A stretch of DNA of 64,000 bases. It comes from Octopus sinensis (lineage: Eukaryota). This document shows positions 1-12,939 of the stretch, piece by piece. The notes under the pieces were generated by a model. That model worked only from the letters and a program-made list of their open reading frames with translations, ran no database searches and had not been told where the DNA came from. Positions within the stretch are counted from its first letter, which is position 1, and each line of letters begins with the position of its first letter. Position numbers and translations under genes: made by a program. Where the stretch lies: assembly GCF_006345805.1 (NCBI RefSeq), contig NC_043008.1, positions 8,618,001 to 8,682,000 of the forward strand, given 5' to 3'.

Positions 1-796
1 TTCTTATTCCACCTACATAAGTGTATTTCATGTATTTTACAAATATTTTATAAACCCACTTCAATCGATATTTATATTATTATTATTTTAATTTTTTTAA
101 ATAAACTTCTTATACATATATTTTTATTCTTTTAGGGTATTTATAATAATAACATATCTAAGAATTCTTTTCAATATACCATTTGTAATTTATATCATAA
201 TTAATAAAATAATCCTTATTTTATTTTATTTTGACTTATCCTTCTTTTTATCTTTGCTATACCTTTTATATCATTCTGTAAATAAATATTTTATAAAATA
301 TTTATATTCTTTAATATTTCATATTATTGAATTTATGTATTTGTATGCTCTCTTATACATTTCTGTAGCTTTTATAGCTTATAAAGAGTTTATAATATCT
401 CTTCATAAAACTCACTGTATAATACAATATCGTATTTAAATTTATAATTAAAAATGATGTGTTATAAATTTTTTATATCTATTTTCGATATTTTTATACA
501 TTTGTATATCCTTTTATATGCGTTCCTGGTGTTTGTAATTCATAGATAAGTTTTTCATAAGGTTTTTTTATATAATTTACTGGATATGAGCATCCTTATT
601 TTAGTATATTTTTTAACCATGCAGTATTCATTAAATCGATTTAGGTATACATTTTCTATCCCTCTAATTCAATCACTCCTTTATTCGATGCTACATTTTA
701 CGATACCTCATATTTATCCACCCGTATCGAAGAGTCTAGTTTCTTTTTATTGCTTTAAAATATTCTATGTACTTCTACCCATATGCTCTTACACTT

Positions 797-1197
797 TTAC
801 TCTTTTACTTGTTTCAGTCATTTGACTGCGGCCATGCTGGAGCACCGCCTTTTTTAATCGAGCAACTCGACCCCGGGACTTATTCTTTTGTAAGCCCAGT
901 ACTTATTCTATCGGTCTCTTTGGCCGAACGGTTAAGTGACGGGGACATAAACACACCAGCATCGGTTGTCAAGCAATGCTAGGGGGACAAACACAGACAC
1001 ACAAACACACACACGCATATATATATACATACATATATACGACGGGCTTCTTTCAGTTTCCGTCTACCAAATCCACTCACAAGGCTTTGGTCGGCCCGAG
1101 GCTATAGTAGAAGACACTTGCCCTAGGTGCCACGCAGTGGGACTGAACCCGGAACCATGTGGTTGGTAAACAAGCTACTTACCACACAGCCACTCCT
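797..1197 (-). mobile_element. tRNA-derived SINE, family A, full-length, with internal (TA)/(TG) microsatellite
   Basis: On the minus strand the head reads GGAGTGGCTGTGTGG (A-box-like) ... GGTTCAGTCC (B-box-like), followed by body, internal microsatellite and a 3' part ending GCAGTCAAATGACTGAAAC. It is near-identical to copies at 25989, 29706, 41528, 54869 and 57077. Confidence 0.9.
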
Positions 1198-2269
1198 ATT
1201 ATATGATAATGTAATTTCGTTATACATTCAGTTTGGAATGCCTTTATCATGACCGTCTAAACAATATATTTAGAATATTTTCAATAATTATTTCTCGTAT
1301 ATCAAGGTATTCTATTATTAAGTCTTAAGATAAATTTCTATCCTTCTTCTATATATATTGATTTGATTTTTTCTCAATTTAATATTATAAGTTTGCTAAG
1401 TCATAAATTACTACCGCCCGGATCCTTCAGTTCTTATTTCCGCCTCTAAATTCTATATTAATTATCTCTTTTGGTCTTTCATTATATCCCCCGCCACCAT
1501 TTTTTGGATAATCTAAATAAGTATTGGCCACCCCTGCCCTTCTTTCTCTCAGTTATCACCCCTTCCCCATCAGGCATTTTCTTACTACCAACAGTCCAAC
1601 CTACTCTCTTATAGAGATAAAGCTAGATATATGTTTCCTGTACATTGGGAGTCTAATAGATTGTGTGACATTAATTGACTTAGCACCATTAAGTAGAATA
1701 CAGTTGACAACTCCTAATGGATTTAATTCTAAATGGTTGAAAACCACATACTACACCAAGTCATCTAAATATAAGTAACTACGTCACGAATCTTTTCATC
1801 TTGACCCCCCCCCCACTATCCCCTCTGCTACTCCCTAAATTATAGTAGGCTTAACAAGGTATACATTATTTTCTAAAATCATTCTGCAACAATAGCACAA
1901 GAAAAAAATGTAAATATTTTGGTTTCCATTATTGATGGAAATTTGTTTTTAAAAAATGCTTTATCCTTTATGTTTGACGTTTATGCGTTCATCTGAGAAC
2001 GGTTTATTTCAAACTAATGTAATGATTTCATTAATCAATTAAATGGAGCCGCTTGAAACGGTCGGAACGAATTTACACCTATATAGCTTTGTTACTTATA
2101 TATATATGTATGTATAAGTGTACGATGGGTAAATTGTGGCTATTTTATATTTTTAATTTCGCACATGAAGCTTATTTCATTATATTTTGTCGACTACACA
2201 GTAGAGTATGGTCAGTTGGGCACCGTCTGTGAGAAAGAAACTGCAACACAGCACAACCCCATCTCCCAG

Positions 2270-2530
2270 AACTTTGGAAACGACATCTTTGGAAATTTCT
2301 GCCAGGATCAGATGGTGTACTCACAGAAAAACTGTCCCCAAAGCATGTACCGAATCAACATCATGACGTTTGGAGTGATCACTCATGATGGCGACGGTAT
2401 GCCTCCATTCATCTCCCCACACGGCCTCACTCGCTAGACGGAAGCCTACATCAAGTGCGTAGAGGAGATAGTGCTGCCCTGGGTCAAGTGGGTGGCTACT
2501 GGAAGACCCTATGTCTGGTAACAGGACATG
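2270..2530 (+). mobile_element. Degenerate Tc1/mariner-superfamily transposase fragment (catalytic region)
   Basis: Translation NFCQDQMVYSQKN...IMTFGVITHDGDGMPPFISPHGLTR*TEAYIKCVEEIVLPWVKWVATGRPYVW*QD matches the VMVFGVI.SDG.VMPP...Y...LE..VLPW......RPYVWQQD pattern of Tc1/maT-type transposases. It has stops and a deletion, and no TIRs were seen. Confidence 0.85.
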
Positions 2531-3389
2531 TTTCTTTAATGAAACATATTAGATTTAAAATGGTCGAAACATCCCTCCCTTTTGCAACTCAGGTGACTTT
2601 GAAAGCATGGTCAGCAATTTCAACATCTTATTTTATAATTTTCCAATAAGAAAATTAAGCGGATTAAAAGATTTTAACCTGAATAATAATTTCTAAAAGT
2701 AATGTTAGAAAGCAAAATCTTTAGAACTTACGTAATAATTAGCATGACATGAATATTTAAAATATTCTTAAAAGTAATTAGTAAGTGCCTATAGTACATA
2801 GAAAATAAATTTGAGAAGTGAGTATATAAGTGTGTATATACGCACACACACACGTATAAATATATATTGAAAAATATAGAAATAAAGTGTACATATATAT
2901 TTATATATATATATATATTCATACGTACATAAATGTAAACAGATATATGTATGCATATACGTACTCATATATATTTACACACGTATGCTTGTGTTTTGTG
3001 TCTGAGTGAGCAAAACAGAATATACGAGATTCTATGTGTGTATACTTGTCAATGTGTTGAGAGTCGATGATATATACAGAAGATAATTTAGTTATGCTGG
3101 GAGGGCATATCGATCACACGTATAGTAAACTATTAATTGCGTTGTCTTCCTCAGGAAAATAGATATAACATCTCCTCACAAATGCTTGGGAACAAGCAAT
3201 ATTTTCTATCTTTATATTTTTTATTTGCATACTAAGTACTTACCTCTCTCTCAGGTATTACTGGACGTATGAATTATGTCCACAAAATTACGTACACTTG
3301 TATATTTCTTCGTGAAATACTATATGCATTTTGATATAGATATATATATATATTATATATATTATATATATATATATATATATACATAA

Positions 3390-3422
<33 letters not shown>

Positions 3423-3461
3423 CACACATATATATATATAATATATATATATATATAATAT

Positions 3462-3503
<42 letters not shown>

Positions 3504-4611
3504 ATACACATATATATATACACACATATATATATATATATACACATATATATATAAGGTGTGAATAACCTCTTTCACTATTGAATTGCTTAGTAGAGGT
3601 TTTTCTCTAAATTATATATATATATATATATAGCAAATAAACACTTGAAGCAATAATATTTGGATTTGTTTATGACAAAAATGTAACGGACAAAGCTTCT
3701 AGCATAACAAAAGTTTCTACTCATAATTTCAAAAAACATCTTCAATGGAACTCTATATATTCTCTACCGAGTTTCGTCTTGTGTCGCAATTTATCTCTCA
3801 TGATCGAAAATTTGTTTTCGTTTATTTATTTATTTTTTGTGCAATATGCTCGAATTATTTGCATTTACGCTTTCATTCTTGAGAACGAACGTTCCCTCCC
3901 GCTCATTTCTGAAAATCTACCATATGTACATGCAACCCAACGCTACAAATTAATTGATGAAGTCAATCTTGGTAACGGTTTTCCTTTAATACCCTTAGTT
4001 TAGTTATATCTGTCATCTAGAAATATTGGAAATATTTATTCCTCTAAGATTCCTTTTACCACAAAAATCTGTTCATTTATAATGTCCTTGTGTACTTTAT
4101 AATTTCTAGCAACAATCATTAAAAAAAGAACATTAGTTATGTTCAATATTTTTGTTGTATTTTGTTCACCTAAACGTTTCCATTTCCCGTATGAAGGGAT
4201 AACTATATTCGTCTTGTTGTAATTATTATTTCTGTAAATTAGTTTTCACTTTTGAGCAGAAATTTTCGCCAGAGATATTTTATTATAACTGATTGATCTC
4301 TTTCTACATTTAATCGCATTTTATCTGCCTAATTTTCGTATATCACCACCCGTAATGATCAGTCGATGTTGTCTAATTTTTATAGCATTAAATTTTTGAT
4401 GTTGAATAACTGCGATATTAATCCACATTTAAGAAATCAATAGCTGATATAAATATGAAGCACAACAAAATGGCTTTACATAAATTCATAGTAAAAAAAT
4501 ATGAAAATGAGATTTCTGCAGTGACCTTTTGCGAAGAAAAAAATACATATGTACATAAATGTATTAGTGTGCGTAGTCTATGTTTAGCGATTTCAGTTAT
4601 TTGAATGCGAC

Positions 4612-4815
4612 AAAGGTACAGAGGTACTTTCAAATGCTTTAGGCGCTAAACCCTCTTCTTGTCGATATATATCAGTGTCCATACTGAAGTATGTAGTTTC
4701 TACACAGAAGGTCAACATTTCCATAAAGTTTCTTGGTATACTAGTGCTTTTTTTTATATGGGTGTCACTCGTTTTTCTTCAATCCCCGATAATGCTTCAC
4801 CAGTTGGGACTTTAT
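4612..4815 (-). mobile_element. Degenerate Penelope-like RT fragment
   Basis: Minus-strand pieces KVPTGEAL...MEMLTFCVETTYFSMDTDIYRQEEGLA resemble PLE RT (VP..EAL; FC..TYF....IY.Q..GLAMG). The MGSPLSP motif is missing, apparently by internal deletion. Confidence 0.5.
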
Positions 4816-5733
4816 TGTTTTATACATTTACATTGATGGACTCAATTAACTGTCTTATTATTACCTTTGATTTAACTTTTAATTATATCACAGTAATTTA
4901 GTGTATGCCCTACTAAAGCCACGTATAAGCAGCGCCGCCTCTTAAAGTCACATCCATTTGGCTTCCATTTTGAGTTGTGTTCACTTTCATAGCAGATATT
5001 CTTGAAAAGGACATAAACATCAAAGATTTCCATTCATTCTGCCATAAATAAAAAGCATTGGACCTAAACAATGAAGTATATATAGAAGAGCTGATATCCG
5101 AGAGAAGAATTAGTTTGTGTGTGCTGTTATTGTTGCTTATAACATTACTTCCTTAGCAAACAAATTTAGCTGTCTAAAGAAGAAACATGCTGTTTGCTTT
5201 ATGTGAATCTCTGCGATAAAATGTAATTTCCTTCATTTATCAAAGACAAAGATATTACTCAACGTAGTCGGAGTTTTCCATCTTTAAATCATTTTTTTTC
5301 TATAAATTCTTGTTCGGTTTCATTTTCTGTGGACTATCGCTGCCAAACAGAAACACTTCTGTACAAACATTTTATCTCTGAATGTTCCTTTGATTTAGTG
5401 TGTCTTTTTATTAAAGGGAAACAAGTAACGAAGCAAATACATAGACCTATATATCTATGAAATATTGTTCAACTACTACAGTGATACTTTTGCTGGGTGT
5501 ATTGGTTTTCTACTGCTTGATCTGACGCAAAATATTTCTACCTATAGCTTCAAAAGATCCGTTTGTGTAAAAGATTAGGAAAGGCAAAAACTCGCTAATT
5601 GCTTGCGCTAGATATTAATTTCAAACTCACTGCTGTGTGTCAAATGAAAATTGTATTTAAGATAAAATGAATCAGGAAACAGGTCTAGAATAGCTTTCGT
5701 AGCCAATTCCTCTACATTACTAGAACTGAAACT

Positions 5734-6395
5734 ATAAAGACTACACACTAATATAACAACTACTCAACATTCTCGACAAAGCGTTATAAGTAAGAAATGC
5801 TTATGTTCTTATTTTGTCGGTAGCATCACAAAATAAAGTGTCCTTTTTGTATGTAGCAGATTTCAAATTCCTAGTTTAACCAATGTACGTCATTCACTTG
5901 AAGAAACTGCCTGTTTTTTTTCTTTTTTTCATATTTCAATAATGAAGACAGGATGGATTATCGAAAGAGACATCCAAGGACCCATGGATTAAAAGTAGTG
6001 TTTTCTCTTCACACCCTGACATACTAAATACAGTACGACATATTGAACCAATTAAAGCGATTTTGCACTAAAAGTTCGAATTCTGTAACCAAATCCTGAA
6101 CAAGTAGTAAAACATTTATTCAAAGATGATTTCTAATAAATTTCATTACAAAAGCAAGAGAAACGAAAAAAAAAAAGAAAATCCCGTAGAAATACTATAC
6201 CCTAAAATAACAACGATAAAGACTACACTCTAATATAACAACTACTCTACATACTCGACAAAGCGTTATAAGTAAGAAATGCCTATGTTCTTACTTTGTC
6301 GGTAGCAACACAAAGTCAAATGTCCTTTTTTGTATGTAGCAGATTTCAAATTCCTACTTTAACCAATGATCGTCATTCACGTCAAAAGAAATTGC
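5734..6395 (+). repeat. Direct repeat pair, about 175 bp (5734-5910 and 6216-6395), period about 482 bp
   Basis: ATAAAGACTACAC.CTAATATAACAACTACTC.ACAT.CTCGACAAAGCGTTATAAGTAAGAAATGC.TATGTTCTTA.TTTGTCGGTAGCA...GTCATTCAC occurs twice. Confidence 0.9.
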
Positions 6396-7444
6396 GGCCC
6401 AGAAAGAAATGACCGTCCCGCGTATTTATTCCATTACCGAATAAACATATGTATTTCTTTCAATACAGGATATAATAAATTACACACCGAAGGAAAGTAA
6501 TATTGTATCACAATTAATATAGTGACCCACTTTCATAATTTACCAGATGTGGGTCCCAATTTAATGATGGTATTTGTATCAGCGTATTGATAGCATATCA
6601 GTAGTATACTAGATTAAAACAATTACCTTGTTCTTAGGCAGTCGATCACGATAACCACACTTTATTATTGATAGTTTTTTCTTCCAAAATCTATCTAAAT
6701 GACATAATGATACTATAACAGAAATGCGAACCATACTAGGGCTCCCCTCCGCTGCGACGAGTACTCTGAAATTCCCATAAATACTGTCGAGTACTATTAC
6801 ACATTTTTAAACTGAAACATAAGGTAATTCCAATATAGTTTTCCAGGCATTCACAACCCTTTCATAGGCTAAATGCTTTAAAATACTTGTCTGAGTATTC
6901 TGTTAAATATAATCAAGTAGCACAATTTGATCTCCTGAATTTTCTAACAATAGTACAGTAAACTTGTTTTTATTAGGTTTTACCCATGTAAATCCTAGGG
7001 TGAGTTTTGCTATTGAGTACTTAATGATTTTCCGCAAGAAAATAATTCATGTTTTATAAATATCGTCAAATATTTTGGCATTTTTAGAGTGAAAAGTAGA
7101 TACAAAATGCAAAACATGTTCCATGCGCTGACTTACTTTTCACTCTCCGAAAATGTATTTCTACAGGATTTTCTTGTTTTTTTTTTGTTTCGGTTCTCTT
7201 CCTTTTGTAATGAAATTTATTAGAAATGATCTTTGAATAAATGTTTTACCAGTTGTTCAGGTTACAGGACTCGAAATTTTTGTGCAAAATCGTTTTTCTA
7301 GGTTCAATATGTTATTCTGTATTTAGTATGACAGAGCGTGAAGAGAAAACACTGTTTTTAATCCATGCGCCTTTGGATGTCTCTTTCGATAATCCATCCT
7401 GTCTTCATTATTGAAATATGAAAAGAAAAGCAGTTTCTTCAAGT
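5897..7444. repeat. Inverted repeat, arms about 295 bp (5897-6194 and 7155-7444)
   Basis: The reverse complement of 5897-6194 aligns to 7155-7444, e.g. GTGAAGAGAAAACACT..TTTTAATCCATG.G.C.TTGGATGTCTCTTTCGATAATCCATCCTGTCTTCATTATTGAAATATG and CTTTTGTAATGAAATTTATTAGAAAT.ATCTTTGAATAAATGTTTTAC. Confidence 0.9.
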
Positions 7445-8290
7445 AAATTCTGTTCCGCCTTAAATATTTTAGTCTATGTAAATAATCTGAATTTTAAGCT
7501 CCGTAAATTTGTCAGGATTAGCCTTGATAAAGTGAAACACTATATATCTTTTTCACTTGCCTTTCAAATATATATAAAATGTGCTTCCAAACATTCCAAA
7601 CATTTGTAAAAGTCCATCACAAAGTTTCCTGGTAAGCCGTTAGCAAGATGGCGCGAGCGTAAATGTCCATCACATTCCTTGATATTATCAGCAAGCTGAG
7701 TCATTGAATGTTGAATAATTTCCGTAATATAAATCGAATTCTGCCAGCAATAAACAGTTACGATAGCTGAAAATGGCATGTATCTTTCCAATATCTTATC
7801 GCATCGATTCGATCATCGTGAGTGGCATTACAGTAACATTAATATCAAAGAAAGCAAGAATTGTACGAGGGCTTAATGATTTAGTTAAATGCTTAATTTC
7901 ATCAAGACCATTTCCAGTAAAGTCTGTATTTGCCCTAATTTAGTGTTCCATAAGCTGTCCAAAATATTTAACCGATATAATTCAGATGTAGGGGCTTCTA
8001 AGATAGGCTTCAATTTCAAATAATCTGGAGATGGTATTTCGATATTTTGGCTTTTGAATGATTATAAGCGTCACTTATAATCATATGTTTGAATACGTTC
8101 AATAGGCCATAGAAACAGTCGGGGAGACCATAGAACTGTTGCTACATTCATATACTAAGGTAGTCAAATGCCTGATCAATAAATATAAATTTTCATTGTT
8201 TATTGTTTTTTTTAATATTTGTTCTCTTTCATAGTTATTTTTGTTTTCTAGCATTTTAACAAGGGCTCAATAATAATTTACAAAACTGCC

Positions 8291-8445
8291 TTTACATTAT
8301 TTACATTATTTACATTTGACAGATATTTGTCCTCATCTTGTTTGTTGTTAACACAACGTTGCGGCTGATGTAGCCTCCAGCTTTCATCAGGTGTCTTGGG
8401 GGAAATTTCGAACCTGGGTTCTCATTCTTAATGTATTTTCCAATG
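8291..8445 (-). mobile_element. Short non-coding element carrying a minimal hammerhead ribozyme motif and a (TGTAAATAA)n tail
   Basis: Minus strand: GACAC-CTGATGA-A-AGCTG-loop-CAGCC-GCAA-CG-TT-GTGTT at 8395-8350, where GAAA is mutated to GCAA. A 9-bp tandem tail lies at 8291-8317. A partial inverted copy is at 9477-9560. Confidence 0.7.
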
Positions 8446-8495
8446 TTATTATTATTATTCTTGTTGTTGTTGTTATTATTATTATTATTATTATT

Positions 8496-9412
8496 CAGTA
8501 GTTTTATTTTTATAGCGTGCTTTCACTTCACTACCGAGCACAGCTCTGTGTGCCTTGGGTATGTGCTGTGATTTGTTGTGATGCTCTGATGGTTATTGTA
8601 TGGAAAGTGTTCTGCGTAGGATGTGTGCAGTGCCTAGTAGTGCAATTTTCTGTATGTTATATGTGTTTGTAAGTCCTGGTGTTTTTGTTATGTATTTGTC
8701 TGAATATTTTTTATCATGCCTAATGCACCTACTATGATAGGAATTGTTTCTGCTTTCAGATTCCACATTCTAGTTACCTCTATTTCCAGGTCTTTGTATT
8801 TTGAGAGTTTCTCCATTTCTTTTAGAGACACGTTGTCATCAGCCGGTATTGATACATCAATTAGAAAGCATTTTTTTTCTTCATGATCTCTGACAACTAT
8901 ATCTGGTCTGTTGACCTTAATTTCTCGATCTGTGTGTATCGGCATATCCCAGAGTATGGTTGCTTTCTCGTTTTCTGTGACCTTTTCTGGTGTGTGCCTA
9001 TACCATCTTTTTTCTGTTGTTATTCCATAATGTTGGCATAGCTTCCAATGTATGTAGGTTCCAACTCTGTCATGTCTGTGAATATATTCCTTCTTAGCCA
9101 AGACTGGGCAGCTAGAGATAATATGATTATTGTTTCTTGTCCATCTCCACATATTCTGCAGTTACTTGTAATATTTCTTTTCATTACATGTTTTTGGTAA
9201 TTTCTGGTGGGGAGGCTTTGGTCTTGTGCTGCAATTAAAAATCCCTCTGTTTCTGCTTTGAGTCCTGAGCTTCTCAACCATTGCTGGGATTTTTCTTTGT
9301 CTATTTCTTTTGCGTTTAGTTTAGTGCAGTATTTACCATGAAGGGGCTTTTCTTGCCATCGTTTTATCATGGTTCGTTGCTGTTCTATTTTTAGTTTGGA
9401 TTTCATTTTCAT
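8496..9412 (-). mobile_element. 5'-truncated non-LTR retrotransposon with CCHC knuckle and restriction-like endonuclease (R4/Dong-like), inserted in (TAA)n
   Basis: Joined frames give WQEKPLHGKY...LKAETEGFLIAAQDQSLPTRNY...CRICGDGQETI(N)HIISSCPVLAKKEYIHRHDRV...IHW.LC...NRPDIVV...LIDVSIPADDN...KYKDLEIEV..MW...IPIIVGALG...QKIALLGTAHILRRTL, with the stop at 8593-8595. There are two single-base frameshifts and (TAA)n on both flanks. Confidence 0.92.
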
Positions 9413-9414
9413 TA

Positions 9415-9470
<56 letters not shown>

Positions 9471-9476
9471 TCACTT

Positions 9477-9585
9477 GAGGGTATATCAGCCGAAAGGTTG
9501 TGTTAAGAACAAGCAAGGTGAGGACAAATAACCATCAAATGTAAATAGTGTACATAATTCCTCATCTTTTAAATATAGAACTGTA
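9477..9585 (+). mobile_element. Partial inverted copy of the 8291-8445 hammerhead element (3' half)
   Basis: GAGGGTATATCAGCCGAAAGGTTGTGTTAAGAACAAGCAAGGTGAGGACAAATA...TCAAATGTAAATA is the reverse complement of 8309-8375 with scattered mismatches. Confidence 0.8.
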
Positions 9586-10665
9586 ACACTGCCTTTATTG
9601 CCTTTTGTATATATAGCTCCATTGTCACTTTGTTTTCCATTTCTGTTATATGGTCGATTTAATGTTCCTATTTTCTGTCGGTACAATAAAGAAAATTCAA
9701 CACAGATTCATAGGAAAGAAATGCACTTTTTTAAAGTTGCTTTTGATGTCATCAACATTATTATATTTATAAAAACTACATTTTGCCCGAATTATATAAT
9801 GTCATTCTCCCGGCAAAAGCGTTAGACTTTTGGCGATTAGTTATATATTTTACCCCATTACATAATAAGTTATTAATATTTATTGTGATAAATAATTAAA
9901 CTTCACATTCCGTTGTTCATTAGCCAACTTATGTCCTAGTATCTCTGAATTCGATCTAAAAATTCAGTTGTTTTGTCTCCTCTTCGACATTAATTGCCCC
10001 TCAATTTAAAGTTAACCTATAAAATCTACCCCACGATCTATTATAATTATTGGTATTTTTATACAAATTAGTTGTTGCCGTAGTTGCTTCTACGTATAAT
10101 TTCATGCTGGATTTCAAAAACTCCTAATTATATTCTAACGATAACTATTGAATAATTGATTATTTTTCGCAATTTTCAGAAGAATTTGTTTATTCGAAAA
10201 TTTGATTGTCTGTGTTCATAATATCTAGAAGTCTTTTATATTCTCCTTAATTCCATTTATTGTGAAATTATCAAACTTTGGTTTCAGCATTTAGTATGTA
10301 ACATCTATGCCTGGTCTTCCCTATTAATGATGCATAAGCGCGCGCGTGCGGACGTGTGTGTGTGTGTGTGCGTGTGTGTCTGTGTCTGTGTGGGTGTGTG
10401 CGTGTCCAAGTAAGTGTCTGTGTATGTGTCATTATCAACCCTTACACAGTGTAAGGTGAATGTTTTCAATGTGGATATTTGCGCGTGTATTTTTATATAT
10501 TTTCTTGGTGGTACTGATGGAGTATCGTTGTATCATTCTGCCTATCTATCTATCAGTCTGTCTGTCTACCAAGTTAGATGCATGTTTGTGTGCGTGCACT
10601 CGTGTGGGCGTGCGCTCGTGTGCGCGTGCGCTCGTGTCGGCATGCGTGCGTGCGTGTGCGGGTGT

Positions 10666-11035
10666 GGAACATCGACGTCACAAGATCATGCTGTATGGCG
10701 AACAATCCTCTGTTCATCGTGATATACGAGCATCAGAAAGGAGGTACAGGGACAACCTAAAGAAATACTTGGGTGCCTGCCACATTGAGCACCACCGCTG
10801 GTCTGTTCTTAATTACTGACCATGAAATGAACCCTGATGGCTCACTGTCCATTGGTCTATGAACTTCTTTGAATATCCCACACAGGACCATCCTTGAGAA
10901 TGGAGATAGTACAAGGTGTCTAAAATTAGCCCTGATTAACGATCCGTCCCTCGCAGCCTCTGTCATTGTGTCTGTTTGTCACGATACGGTCTCGTTGGGC
11001 ATCAGCACGTCTGCAGCAATCGAGGACATAACCAT
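10666..11035 (+). mobile_element. Degenerate RTE-clade LINE 3' end
   Basis: HKIMLYGEQSSVHRDIRASERRYRDNLKKYLGACHIEHHRWS matches the RTE/BovB C-terminal PK..LYGEL..G.R..G...KRYKD.LK..L pattern. The downstream part is frameshifted. Confidence 0.8.
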
Positions 11036-11098
11036 GCGTAAACAAATCTTAGGTCGCAGAGCCAAGCGAAAAAAAAATATATATATATATCAAATAGA

Positions 11099-11370
11099 AA
11101 ATGGGACAAGAACGCAAAACATCCGGACAACTAGGTGACACAAAAATGGGACAACAAAGCATGCAGACAGACGACACAAAGAAAACAAGGACGGATCATT
11201 CAAAGTTTTTCTTTCCTCAGTCAAGTGCCAGATTATCTTCGCAATGTCAGCTGATTATACTTGAGATAACTCCAATCTGGCCAATCCCAAGGAAAAACTA
11301 AGCTAAGAGCATTAGAGTCCTTGGAAGAAAGCAGTGAATGTATATAAAACAAGGAAGGAAAAAAATGGAC
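11099..11370. repeat. Interspersed repeat, about 270 bp, copy 1 (copy 2 at 24499-24765); family unassigned
   Basis: AATGGGACAAGAACGCAAAACATCCGGACA.CTAGGTGA.ACAAAAA...CTAAGCTAAGAGCATTAGA.TCCTTGGAAGAAAGCAG.GAATGTATA is shared, and both copies lie just downstream of a (TA)n run. Confidence 0.85.
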
Positions 11371-11454
11371 TAATTATGCTACCAATCCACTTCCACTTTT
11401 TCTTAAATATTTGCTTCCTAATCGAAACTTGATTTGTTCTTTGCCATAGCTCCA

Positions 11455-11670
11455 TATATGTATGTATGTATGTATTTATGTATGTATGTATGTATGTATG
11501 TATGTATGTATGTATGTATGTATGTATGTATGTATTTATGTATGTATGTATTTATGTATGTATGTATGTATGTATGTATGTATGTATGTATGTATGTATT
11601 TATGTATGTATGTATTTATGTATGTATTTATGTGTGTATGTATGTATGTATGTTTGTATGTATATGTATG
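11455..11670. repeat. (ATGT)n microsatellite
   Basis: Read directly from the sequence. Confidence 0.95.
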
Positions 11671-12439
11671 AAAGCGCGTGTGTGTATATATGCTTGTGTA
11701 TATATGCGCGTGTGTATATATATGTGATATACGCATATTTATTGTATTACTTTACGAACCAGTTTCGAAATAACTGCACGTGGAACATGCAAATATAAAA
11801 GTACGCTCGTGGAAGATTATAATAATTTGATTGACTTTTCTTTACAACTATTTTCCTTTAAGACATCTGCCGTTATTTGAAATGCTTGCATCAAGTAATG
11901 CATCAATGTAAAGAGAAGAAAAAGGACTTGAATATGTTTCCCCTTTCTCAATTTTTTCTTCTTTTTTTGTTCATTTCGCTAACACAGTTCCTCATTTTCA
12001 TTGGTATTCTACTAAAGTTACCAAAAGAATTGAAAACCACTCTCAGAATATAAATGGGAAATTGTCAGAATTCTGAGCAACAACAAAATATATAGAGCTC
12101 GACCAAGCCGTAGGTCCCCAGAATCTATAGATAACACAGCATTTAGAATAAAACATGCCGCTATATTTTTTGCTATTTACAGATATGTTTGACATCCTGT
12201 TCGTTGCAATGGTGGATAATGTTAAGCAAATATACTGGTTGGTATCGATTATGAATTTACAGCCAGCCTCAAGAGAGAAGTTGATCCCTTTTAACAAGTC
12301 GATGTATGGTAAAAACACTGTTACTTTTACAAGAACACATTGGTATTCCGACTGATATGTAAAGAAATGCATGAAAATAAAACTAATATTCGATGCAGAC
12401 ATTGCGATATATTATTCCGAGTCTTCCTTCTTTCGATAG

Positions 12440-12478
12440 CAGACGATCGGGGATGCTCTAATGCAGGCTAAAAGAAAG
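12440..12478 (+). CDS. Candidate short internal exon (QTIGDALMQAKRK), product unknown
   Basis: Pyrimidine-rich acceptor TCTTCCTTCTTTCGATAG, 39 nt open, donor AAG/GTATAG. No homology recognised. Confidence 0.2.
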
Positions 12479-12621
12479 GTATAGAATTAAAAAAGCCCTT
12501 TTGCAGCATATGTTCCATAGGGGACGTTAATGATAAACTTTTTAATAAGGTAATCTCCGTGCGAGGATGTACTAAAATATGCATATGTGTATAAAAGCAT
12601 ACATACACAACACACGCAGAA

Positions 12622-12666
<45 letters not shown>

Positions 12667-12756
12667 CATACACACACCTATATCTGAGCATATATACATA
12701 TATAAATATATGTTTGTATATGAGTGAGTCTGTGTGTATATATATGTTTATATACA

Positions 12757-12809
<53 letters not shown>

Positions 12810-12907
12810 ATCCCCAGATACACCAATATTTATATATATATATAGTTATATATATATATATATATATCTTTACATAACATGTATGTCTATGTATATGTGC
12901 ACGTATA

Positions 12908-12939
<32 letters not shown>

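Noticed and set aside
7564-8080. Protein-like minus-strand segments (e.g. PSPDYLKLKPILEAPTSELYRLNILDSLW; QLADNIKECDGHLRSRHL)
   Set aside because: Frames are interrupted by stops, splice sites do not bound an open frame, and no motif was recognised.
8309-9546. About 60-bp inverted repeats read as MITE TIRs around the LINE
   Set aside because: The repeats are parts of a hammerhead-bearing element with a tandem tail. The left copy extends further and no TSD is seen, so an inverted partial copy fits better.
11195-11230. Hammerhead in the 270-bp repeat (CTGAGGA on the minus strand; also near 24590-24620)
   Set aside because: It is followed by GAAT rather than GAAA, and no stem I complement follows the candidate GTC.
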